A stretch of 64,000 nucleotides of DNA, from the IMG/VR virus record IMGVR_UViG_3300020045_003852, positions 16,015 to 80,014 of that record; one strand, given 5' to 3'. Below, in pieces: positions 37,213 through 45,405 of the stretch. The position numbers were made by a program, and so were the translations under genes. The DNA comes from a virus. Within the stretch, counting starts at the first letter, position 1. The number at the start of each line of letters is the position of its first letter. The notes under the pieces are model-generated. The model was not told the DNA's origin, made no database searches, and saw nothing but the letters and a program-made list of their open reading frames with translations.

Positions 37213-38052
37213 TTACTCCTTCACTTTAGTTTTAATATAATTGGTGAATTCTTTGTGAGTCATTACTTTATTCACAAGACCGTTTTCCAATGCTTCATCA
37301 GCATTAAACAATTGAGCATCAAACGATGCAATCAATTCAGAATCAAGACCTGTGTATTTGCTCACATGAGAGATAAACTCAGTACCAAGTTTTGATACAT
37401 TGTTTTGCAGTCTTGAGATAAACCCTTCGGAGAATTCCCCTTCAGGCGTAAATGGAACCTTGCCGTTTGTAGATGTGATGAACTTCAGTTCACCCTTTTG
37501 GATGGCTTCCTTGTTACGATTTTCGAGAGCCAGAACACATCCAATACTTCCTGCGTCAGCAGAAGGATTAGCAATAACTTCATCCATAACACATGCTAAA
37601 GCAAATCCGGCCGAAGCCGCCATTTCGTCAATGTATGCTACCGATTCAACTTCTGCTTCGTCCAACATGTCTCGAATTGTATTAGCAGTCTCAAAACAAT
37701 GACTTGCCATTCCACCCGGAGTGTTGAAGTCATAGATAATCAACTTCGCACCAGAATCAATCATGTCTTGTGTTTGTGCAATCAATCCTAGATAGGATGC
37801 TCCGACTGCGCCACACATTGTCATTATCGGTTTGTATGACAGACTACCGGAGACAGGAATAACTCCAATCTCCCCAATTAGTTCTTGTTTGTTTCGCTCT
37901 TCATCTTCTTGCTCGTCTGGCTCATACACAGCGAAGTCTGCTTCTGTAACACGCTTAGTAAGATACTGAGCAATTACATTGTAGGCATCTGCTGTGATGA
38001 GTTGTGGTTCAGACAAAATAGAAGAGGCTAGGCGACTGATTTTATGTGCCAT
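37213..38052 (-). CDS. prohead protease (S49)
   Basis: NTPGG, AASAGFALA, AGSIG. Confidence 0.9.
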   Translation of the reverse strand: MAHKISRLASSILSEPQLITADAYNVIAQYLTKRVTEADFAVYEPDEQEDEERNKQELIGEIGVIPVSGSLSYKPIMTMCGAVGASYLGLIAQTQDMIDSGAKLIIYDFNTPGGMASHCFETANTIRDMLDEAEVESVAYIDEMAASAGFALACVMDEVIANPSADAGSIGCVLALENRNKEAIQKGELKFITSTNGKVPFTPEGEFSEGFISRLQNNVSKLGTEFISHVSKYTGLDSELIASFDAQLFNADEALENGLVNKVMTHKEFTNYIKTKVKE

Positions 38053-38734
38053 CGGCTTCCTTTAATTGTTGCTCTTTCCAAGAAAGAAAATTTACATCCT
38101 CTGTAGGATTCCAACCATTCTTAAACAAGTTTTTTATTGTCTTCTTATTCCAAATTGAACCACTTGGAAGGTATTTTGGAACACAGCCCCTTGTTTTAAA
38201 GGATGAGTACATGGTTTCAGCGCATAGCCATATCTCTGGATTGGAGGTGCTTCTTAACCACGGCTCCTTTGGCAGAGAGTCATTGTATTGCTTCATCCAT
38301 GTTGAAGATGATCGATATTGTAGTGGGCCAATGAAATCGTGCGTCTTTCCATTTCTCTTCCACCAATCAAAGCCAGAATTAGAAAGTTTGATTTTTGTCT
38401 CATCAGAGTGCGGTTTTCTGGTATAAATCCTACCTGTATTATGACAAGTATCACCACCCATCGCCATATTCCAACCCGTCTCTGCAAGAGGCCTCAACTT
38501 GCCCTCAAGCCAAAGCCCATACTCGTTTGAGCACTTACAGAGCGTATCTACAACAATGTTTTCCTCGCCATATTTTCTTATTGCATTGCAAATAACAATA
38601 TTGTCCTTGTTTGCTCTGCACTTATAAAGATGAAAAGCGTAACGTTCTTTCGTAGTCTTGCTCGTGAATCCAACATAACCCTGAGAAAACATGTCTGTAT
38701 GTTCTGGTAAATGAATCCAATAAACTTCAGCCAT
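38042..38734 (-). CDS. GIY-YIG homing endonuclease with NUMOD3 motif
   Basis: VYWI...GYVGFT...R, E, GWN; HSDETKIKLS. Confidence 0.82.
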   Translation of the reverse strand: MAEVYWIHLPEHTDMFSQGYVGFTSKTTKERYAFHLYKCRANKDNIVICNAIRKYGEENIVVDTLCKCSNEYGLWLEGKLRPLAETGWNMAMGGDTCHNTGRIYTRKPHSDETKIKLSNSGFDWWKRNGKTHDFIGPLQYRSSSTWMKQYNDSLPKEPWLRSTSNPEIWLCAETMYSSFKTRGCVPKYLPSGSIWNKKTIKNLFKNGWNPTEDVNFLSWKEQQLKEADGT

Positions 38735-38742
38735 GTTCCTCC

Positions 38743-40239
38743 TTATTTGTTTTCAGTATTACTCGTCGAGGCATTTCCTGAACTCCCGGTTGCATCGCCA
38801 GTTCCGCTTGGCATTCCGGATTGCATCCCTTCGGAAGCTCTAGATGTAGCATCCTTCATATACTCTTCATGAGGTTCATCAGACTCGGGGAAAGGATCAG
38901 CACCCATTGCTGTACGAACAATATTAAGTACGTCACGATTCGACTCAATCATACCTACAGCACCAACTCGTTGAACATACTTCCCAAGTTCATCAAGTGA
39001 AATGGCATCCAAAGGCTCATAAACAAATTCAGGCAACACAGAAGTGTCCCACTGATTCATTTCAAATGTCTGCTTGATTAAGTCATTATCAAGCACATTC
39101 TTAATTTCCCTTAGCCTATAATCCAGTGCATAAGTAACAATGTTTTCCTTGCTTCCTGCTAGAGCGAAAGAACCCGTAGAGTTATTACCAAGCTGTAGCA
39201 AATCAGCAAATAGACACACAAGAATATTACTAGTGTAACGCTGAATAATGTCAGAAGTGTTATAACTTTTACCACCATCGGATGTGAGGAGTTTAACGCT
39301 GAACAATTCTTTCTTACTTGTCTCATCACAATCTGAAGGAATGATAATGCCTGATTGCTCACCAACAGCAACATTGCGTACAGCCTTCTTATAATCTTCA
39401 TATACAGCCTTGTGAGCAGGACTTGCGTCGGGAGACATGTATGCAGCAGGAATGCCAATTGTGAGCAAACCTCCTAGATCACGACCAATACCCAACATTT
39501 CTTGCGTCTCAATTTCCTTCTTATATCGCCATGCAACCCATGCACTCTTCAGTGCAGGCGTACCCTCAATGTTTCCATTCTCAGGACTTGTGCGGAATAG
39601 AAGAAACTTCTCACGAGGAATATTAATTACTGATCCATCTTTAGCAAGATTGTTATACTGTCCACTCTGATTAAGAGCATTCAAGTCTTGTACAAAGTGT
39701 GTTAGATAACGTCCATCGTCTGTAAATTTCCACTTGTACCAAGAGGATTGTGCACGTACAGGAAGGGACTTCCAACCAACTAGGTTATCATTATACTTAG
39801 ATGTTTTCTTTGTGCGACGTTTATATACTTTCTCATTGACACACCAGCCATAGTCAATAACAGACATTAGGCTAGAGATGAAATCAAACCATGAATGTTC
39901 CATGTCATTCATGCATGTACGAATAAATGCTGTACGTTCAATGAGTGTATCATCGGCTCCGACAGGAGCCTTAACATTCCATTTAACTCGTCCAAGCATT
40001 GTCTTGTAGAAGGATAATGCTGCCGCTACGGCGGAGTCTTTCTTCATCTCGTTAATTTCTCTTACGAGATAAGGCATCCTGAGTTTACGATTTGATTCTT
40101 CAACAATGCTACCTAGCGCTACGCGCAATCCCGGATAACCTTGTTCCCCTAAAGCGATACGGGGAGAGGCAGGGGCTTCTGCGTCTTGCGTTAGCAGAGA
40201 CGTATTTAGCGTAGCATCTTGTTTAGTTGTCTTTGCCAA
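38743..40239 (-). CDS. portal protein (DUF935-like)
   Basis: YGWCVNEKVY, GNIEGTPAL, DIIQRY, GSFALA; synteny. Confidence 0.88.
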   Translation of the reverse strand: MAKTTKQDATLNTSLLTQDAEAPASPRIALGEQGYPGLRVALGSIVEESNRKLRMPYLVREINEMKKDSAVAAALSFYKTMLGRVKWNVKAPVGADDTLIERTAFIRTCMNDMEHSWFDFISSLMSVIDYGWCVNEKVYKRRTKKTSKYNDNLVGWKSLPVRAQSSWYKWKFTDDGRYLTHFVQDLNALNQSGQYNNLAKDGSVINIPREKFLLFRTSPENGNIEGTPALKSAWVAWRYKKEIETQEMLGIGRDLGGLLTIGIPAAYMSPDASPAHKAVYEDYKKAVRNVAVGEQSGIIIPSDCDETSKKELFSVKLLTSDGGKSYNTSDIIQRYTSNILVCLFADLLQLGNNSTGSFALAGSKENIVTYALDYRLREIKNVLDNDLIKQTFEMNQWDTSVLPEFVYEPLDAISLDELGKYVQRVGAVGMIESNRDVLNIVRTAMGADPFPESDEPHEEYMKDATSRASEGMQSGMPSGTGDATGSSGNASTSNTENK

Positions 40240-40290
40240 GAAGCCTCCTATTTATTATTAAGTGTTTGCATTTCAATTCTTATACATAAT

Positions 40291-40319
40291 ATTATACCAC
40301 ATAAAACAGTTATAGTCAA
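40291..40319 (-). promoter_or_regulatory. sigma70 promoter for the portal/head operon
   Basis: TTGACT-17-TATAAT. Confidence 0.8.
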
Positions 40320-40366
40320 TAGGTAAGTGAAAATATAATTGAATTCTACTGTAATATGTGGTATTG

Positions 40367-42000
40367 TTAGTTTAGGAAGGGGGATTCTTTTGTCATTGTG
40401 GGTAAAATAAACATCGGGAGTACAGATGTTTTAGCTAGTGTTGTAAATGCATCTGCTACGGCATCGACACAATCATCGTGACCTTTTCTCCCACCGTCAA
40501 AGGACTCTAGCTCCTGGAAAAAAAATTCATTCCAGTCACCTCTAACTACTTTAACATTACCTGCTTCGGACATACTAGAGAATGGAAGGAATCTTGAAAT
40601 CTTCCCCTTGTGTCCAGACACTTGCACAAGCCTTGCTGGAATACCGTTCTCAGACAATACGCGGATAACATGCTGTGACCATGAACGTCCTGCACCAATT
40701 TCACCAGGAATCATTACCTGCACTTCATCAACACCATCATCTCTTGCTGTCTTAACAATTTCGTCAAGAACATCACCAGATAACTTCCTGAAGCGATAAA
40801 CATCCTCGACGGTATAGATACCAAACTTCGAGCGTGAAACTTTCACCCCTGCCGTATAGTCCGGGTCTTTATTACTTTCACTCGGAAGTGTTGCTGCCAA
40901 GTCCCATGCCCTTACGCGCCGCACAGCGTCATCAGGAGGAAAGTCTACCATCTCAACCCATTCACGCTGCCAATACTTGCTTGCTGTTTCTCTAGCAAAC
41001 CAACTCCCCATCAACAAACGGTCACGTTCCGCACGTTTGAGATTCTCAAGACGGCGAACATATTCAGGGTCACGATTCATCAATATAGGGTTGCTGTAAA
41101 TATTAGCAGCAATGAACGTGTAAGTCATTGGTGTTGTATTTGGATACTTTTCAAGCATCTCTTCCGCAGAGTCAGCAAAGACCAAATCCCCACGATACTG
41201 TGAGAAATATCTTGTAGTCCCTGATTTTTCTGGAATAGGAATCCCTGTTTCCTGATCCAAATACCAATTTGTGAATTTCAAAAGGAAGGAGTCGGGGTGC
41301 GGATTGCATGTGGCGACTAATTTGTGTGGGCCTTTGGCCTTAGAACGAATACGAGAGAGCAAATACATAACCTGTTCTTGAGAATGCCATTGGCACTCAT
41401 CGAATACCACTAGGCTGTATTGTCCACCGTCAAAGTTAGTAATTTCTCTATCGGCACCAAGAGTTTTACACTGTACGAATGCACCATTTGGAAATGTGGC
41501 AGACATCCTATCTTGACGGAATGCTGGGCCAAATGGCTTATACATGGATTGCATCTCCATCCACAATCCTCCGGCCTGAGATAACTGCACGCTTGACTGC
41601 CTGATGTAGACAGCGCGAAACTCAGGGTCGTCTTTGAATGCCAAGGAGTACATTAGTGCTAGGTGGGATTTCCCACTACCTGCTATTTGTGTTCAAGATA
41701 GTTCGTTAACCTATCCCCGCAATAAAGCTGCTGCATGTCGCCATGCAGATCAGATCATATCTTCTATGTTTCCCGTTTCGAGCCACTTGGCTCTACGTCT
41801 TTCGACTGATCGTTACACGTTCCCGTTAGGGCTTCGTTCGGTATTGTCTGCTAGAGAGTTTCACCGAGTTAGAGAAATGTTTTTAACGTGGAGGCGCAGA
41901 GTTCACCACCACCGTAAATTACAAATTGTGCTTCGTGCGTCAGGAATTGCCTCTGTGTTTCAGAGGCAGGGCCATATACTGGCAATTTCTTTTTAGCCAT
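40367..42000 (-). CDS. terL: terminase large subunit, spliced (exon 1 42000-41905, exon 2 41683-40367; 470 aa)
   Basis: Joining the exons restores Walker A IYGGG|AGSGKS; Walker B VVFDE, ATCNP, nuclease AWDLA and HDDCVDA. Confidence 0.92.
41684..41904 (-). mobile_element. group I self-splicing intron (IA2-like, 221 nt, no ORF)
   Basis: P/Q/R/S-like motifs AACUCGGUGAAA, AAUACCGAACGAAGC, GUAACGAUCA, GAAGAUAUGAUCU; P7.1, P7.2, P9; P1 U-G wobble; in-frame stop if unspliced. Confidence 0.92.
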
Positions 42001-42730
42001 TGGAGCCTTTCCTTACCCCGTGCGTAGGAGCAAAAGTATAGCCTGTCGCTGAGGCGATCTTCAGGATGTTTTCTCTCCAAGCAATTCCATTAGCAAGCGC
42101 AACATCATACCCAAGTTTATCAATGTTAAAGTATTTGCTTACTTGCTTACCCTTTGATTTGTTTGCAACAGCAACGATATAGTTGTATGTTTTACCGTGC
42201 TTTGAGACTGTTGAATATTGTGTCACACCATTATGTCCTGTATTGTTAAGACAAGACAGACCCCGGTTCCTTGTTTGCTGATCTACAGTTTCCCACCTGA
42301 TGTTACCTGGAACGTAGCCTAGGGTGTTATCAATTCTTCCAACCGTATATTTTATATCATCAGGCGGCTTCTCTCCTACGTATGCAGCAAAGGCCAACAA
42401 GTCATGCCTCCACTCATCAGCAATTGTAACGCCAATAGCGCCATATCGTTTGTAGTCTTTACAGTTTGGATTAGTACAACGCTGAATTATCCCACTCCAA
42501 GAGTTATAGACTTCTGTGCCAAGAAGCCCATGTGTAGAGATGGCGTCCTTATGCAAACATCCACACGACCGAGTAGTACCATACCTTAAACTACTCCCTG
42601 CAATAACCTTCTCTTTACCACAATCACACTTGCACAACCAATGATAGTGGTTTTTAATTTTATCTGATCGGGCAATGACAAGAAGCCTACCAAAGCGTTG
42701 CCCAACAAGTTCTAGTTTGCTTCCCATCAA
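41993..42730 (-). CDS. HNH-like/AP2 homing endonuclease
   Basis: GQRFGRL, WLCKCDCG, SCGC, RC, RIDN..GY.PGN.RW; AP2-like tail. Confidence 0.85.
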   Translation of the reverse strand: MMGSKLELVGQRFGRLLVIARSDKIKNHYHWLCKCDCGKEKVIAGSSLRYGTTRSCGCLHKDAISTHGLLGTEVYNSWSGIIQRCTNPNCKDYKRYGAIGVTIADEWRHDLLAFAAYVGEKPPDDIKYTVGRIDNTLGYVPGNIRWETVDQQTRNRGLSCLNNTGHNGVTQYSTVSKHGKTYNYIVAVANKSKGKQVSKYFNIDKLGYDVALANGIAWRENILKIASATGYTFAPTHGVRKGSNG

Positions 42731-42743
42731 CCCTCCCTAATCA

Positions 42744-42962
42744 TTAATCAGCCCTAATAAGTAACGCCCTATTACAAGCATTTACCTGAGTAATGGGAAA
42801 TTTCGTAGCCTCTCCCATAGCCTTAATAATATCAGCAATTTCCTTATGACAATTGCTACGCAATTCCACTTCTTCTAGCACTCTTTCCACCTGCTGAAAT
42901 TCATCCACCTCAACATAGCAAAGTGTAAACTTACCTTTAATTGACACAATACGAATATTCAT
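42744..42962 (-). CDS. hypothetical protein
   Basis: AGGA SD. Confidence 0.6.
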   Translation of the reverse strand: MNIRIVSIKGKFTLCYVEVDEFQQVERVLEEVELRSNCHKEIADIIKAMGEATKFPITQVNACNRALLIRAD

Positions 42963-42980
42963 TATATGTTCCTACAAAAT

Positions 42981-43012
42981 AAAAGGACTCCTACCGTTAG
43001 GTAGAAGCCCTT
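42981..43012 (-). terminator. terminator downstream of the ncRNA/tRNA unit
   Basis: AAGGGCTTCTACC-TAAC-GGTAGGAGTCCTTTTATTTT on the - strand. Confidence 0.7.
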
Positions 43013-43108
43013 AGTGAAATGTCTCCTAACGGAGCTTCTTTGATTTATGAGTTTATATTATTACAAATTAACGTACTCACACTACGTTTAATGCTAAATA
43101 TCTAAACG

Positions 43109-43184
43109 TGGAGCATCCCATCGGCAACGATCCGATAACCTCTAGATTACAGGTCTAGTGCTCTGCCAATTGAGCTAGAGATGC
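43109..43184 (-). tRNA. tRNA-Thr(UGU), non-canonical
   Basis: 76-nt cloverleaf GCATCTC...GGGATGC-T-CCA; anticodon loop CC-TGT-AA; T-loop ATCGTTG. Confidence 0.85.
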
Positions 43185-43195
43185 GTAATTAATAT

Positions 43196-43768
43196 GTGGC
43201 AGGAGATGATCCCTGCTTACTGGACGGCATACCAGTCTCATACCCGCAGTGTACCTTTCGGCCGACCGAGTGTGTATCATCACTACACAGTGCACATAAC
43301 GGGTGGTGACTAATGTATCTGGTCGAATGCCTACACATATTCGGAGGCCGTAGAAGTCAACATTCGTTATGTTCCTACACCAAGGGTAATGTGTAAGAAT
43401 GCTTATTTTCAAACCCACTTAGTTATTCCGTCATGTACACGAGGGCGATAGCCAAGTAATAAGTCTTTACGAGAATGACTCGTCGATATTGGCGGAGGTG
43501 CCAATAAACCTCTTGCGAGGAAAGTGTTGATTACTCTTAACTTTTACTACTGACTCCTCCATTGTATTCCGCTTACAAAATGCGGAAACACCTTTTCGTA
43601 GTGTTTGCTCAAGATCACGCCGTATTCTTTATTTCATGACGCAACGGATTCGTCAAATTCTTCCATTAACGCAGGAAGTGATTACGACCAAAGGGAAGGA
43701 GTTGCCCTTCAATATTAGCTGACTGCCAATTCTCTTTGCTACATCATCTACAAAGTGTTCTTCATTTA
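43196..43768 (-). ncRNA. large structured non-coding RNA (~570 nt; ROOL/GOLLD-like context, family not assigned)
   Basis: Own consensus promoter; about a dozen hairpins with complementary loops; no credible ORF; followed by a tRNA. Confidence 0.72.
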
Positions 43769-43774
43769 GATTAC

Positions 43775-43803
43775 ATTATAGCATTACATTTCGCTATTGT
43801 CAA
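43775..43803 (-). promoter_or_regulatory. sigma70 consensus promoter for ncRNA + tRNA
   Basis: TTGACA-17-TATAAT with TG extension. Confidence 0.88.
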
Positions 43804-43822
43804 CATATTTCTACAATTATTT

Positions 43823-44245
43823 TCACATACTACGAATTGATGAAGAATCAAGGATAATCTCAGGGCAATATTTTGGCTGAGAATAGTCATCCCCTTCCTC
43901 TGTAACGTCTCTGATTTGCTTCTGTTGCGTTGCACGTTCTGCCAAAAGTAAACGAGATTGAGCAATTGCTCTACTTAAATTATCGCGGGAAATTTCAGAA
44001 CTAACAGAAATACGACGATCAATCAAGAATTTAGCAGCATCAATCTTTAACTTTTGATCTGCTTTATCATCCTTAATAATGTCTTCAAGTAGTTTAAATG
44101 CTGCGTCTAAACTCTTGTCGGCTCTGCGTAGAACTTTCTGAAGATCATTCTTTCTTGCGAATGAAATTTGAGCGTTGGCCGGGATAAGGGCTGGCTCGGT
44201 TGAGTCTGAATCATTATCAAGTTCTTCGTTATTATTTGCTGTCAT
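43823..44245 (-). CDS. hypothetical protein, possible terminase small subunit
   Basis: AAGGA SD before MTANNN; helical KLKIDAAKFLIDR motif; upstream of terL. Confidence 0.5.
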   Translation of the reverse strand: MTANNNEELDNDSDSTEPALIPANAQISFARKNDLQKVLRRADKSLDAAFKLLEDIIKDDKADQKLKIDAAKFLIDRRISVSSEISRDNLSRAIAQSRLLLAERATQQKQIRDVTEEGDDYSQPKYCPEIILDSSSIRSM

Positions 44246-44774
44246 TGTTATCCTTACCATCAATAGAAGGCGCTTGCGCAAGTAATTTACTCTTGTCACT
44301 CGACCCCCTTGTTGTCCCAAACCAGAATGCTAACGCGCTTGAGAATCCCCCACTCAATTGTCCAATCATATATACAACAATATCCCTGTTTGTTGCAGGA
44401 ACATCAAAATTGAGTAGTAGAACAAGTGTTGCTGTGAATGCTCCTACAACGAAACATGTTAGCAATGCTGGAATAATTGAATTAGTTGATGCTTGAAGTT
44501 TCCTAGCGTCTTGTGTATCTTGAGTGTATAACTGTTGTTCAGTAATGTCAAGTTCACGCATCTTAATTGCCAATGCATCTTCTGCTTGCTTAAGTTGTGT
44601 AATCTGTTCTGCTGTCAGAGAACCCTCAGAGAAGGCTTCCTTGACCTTATCTACAGTGGGTTGATCCATTCCCATCACCTTGCCGATTGACTCGACTGCG
44701 AGGCCGGCTAATGGCCCCCCAAGGGCTGTTGCTAACGTAGGAGCAACTACTCCTATAATTGATTTCCAATCCAT
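44232..44774 (-). CDS. holin-like membrane protein
   Basis: APTLATALGGPLAG, two C-terminal TMs, FWFG; next to the endolysin. Confidence 0.7.
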   Translation of the reverse strand: MDWKSIIGVVAPTLATALGGPLAGLAVESIGKVMGMDQPTVDKVKEAFSEGSLTAEQITQLKQAEDALAIKMRELDITEQQLYTQDTQDARKLQASTNSIIPALLTCFVVGAFTATLVLLLNFDVPATNRDIVVYMIGQLSGGFSSALAFWFGTTRGSSDKSKLLAQAPSIDGKDNNDSK

Positions 44775-44795
44775 TCGTGATTGCTCCTAAAATTA

Positions 44796-45323
44796 TTATG
44801 CAACGCCTAAGACACTCTTAGCTTTCTTATACAATGCTCTGCGTTCTTCTTGACCGTTAATTCCACCATTGACTACTCTCGTAATCTTATCAAATAATTG
44901 TTGGTCTGCCAATTCATTCAACTTATGTTCTTTCCACCACCAAGCAGCAGAACGTGTAGCATTTGGAATTGTCTCAAGAAGTTCAGGATTAGCAATGAAA
45001 TCAATTCCCAATGCTTTGCTTACAGCAGAATAATTACTTCTGCCTGTAATTTGAATTAATCCTCTTCCTTTAAACTTAATACCATCGCCATGTTGTGTAT
45101 TCCCTAAGTCTTTACGTCCTTCATATGCTGCTCCGCTTGCGATTTCACAAACGTAGCGTAGGCTTCCTGATTCATGTCCAATTTGGGCTAAGAAGGCTGC
45201 TTGTCTGAGTGGAGTATTAATTTCAAACTCTTCCATTGCCAAGTTTAATGCGGAAATGAAAGCATTGGCACGACTCTTTGAATATGGAAGAATTTGTTTT
45301 AGTTGTTCAAGTGTTATGTCCAT
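44796..45323 (-). CDS. endolysin, glycoside hydrolase family 19
   Basis: AAFLAQIGHES, FKGRGLIQITGRSNY, ITRVVNGG. Confidence 0.93.
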   Translation of the reverse strand: MDITLEQLKQILPYSKSRANAFISALNLAMEEFEINTPLRQAAFLAQIGHESGSLRYVCEIASGAAYEGRKDLGNTQHGDGIKFKGRGLIQITGRSNYSAVSKALGIDFIANPELLETIPNATRSAAWWWKEHKLNELADQQLFDKITRVVNGGINGQEERRALYKKAKSVLGVA

Positions 45324-45405
45324 TTTAATCTCCAGCAATAATAGAGGAGGCAGTGATAAACGGTAATACTACTTTTTTAATATCCATTGTTGCCTCCTGT
45401 TATTT

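Noticed and set aside
41684-41904. Group II intron or intein as the terL interruption
   Set aside because: There is no domain V hairpin, 221 nt is not a multiple of 3 and contains a stop, and group I core motifs are present.
41634-41996. 120-aa + strand ORF over the start of terL
   Set aside because: It is an antisense shadow of terL exon 1 and the intron, with no SD and no recognisable motif.
43155-43418. 87-aa - strand ORF
   Set aside because: It runs into the tRNA, has no SD, and lies within the structured RNA.
43196-43768. tmRNA or RNase P RNA identity for the large ncRNA
   Set aside because: No tRNA-Ala-like ends are present. GAGGAAAGT at ~43517 is on the opposite strand to the promoter and lacks the partner RNase P conserved region.
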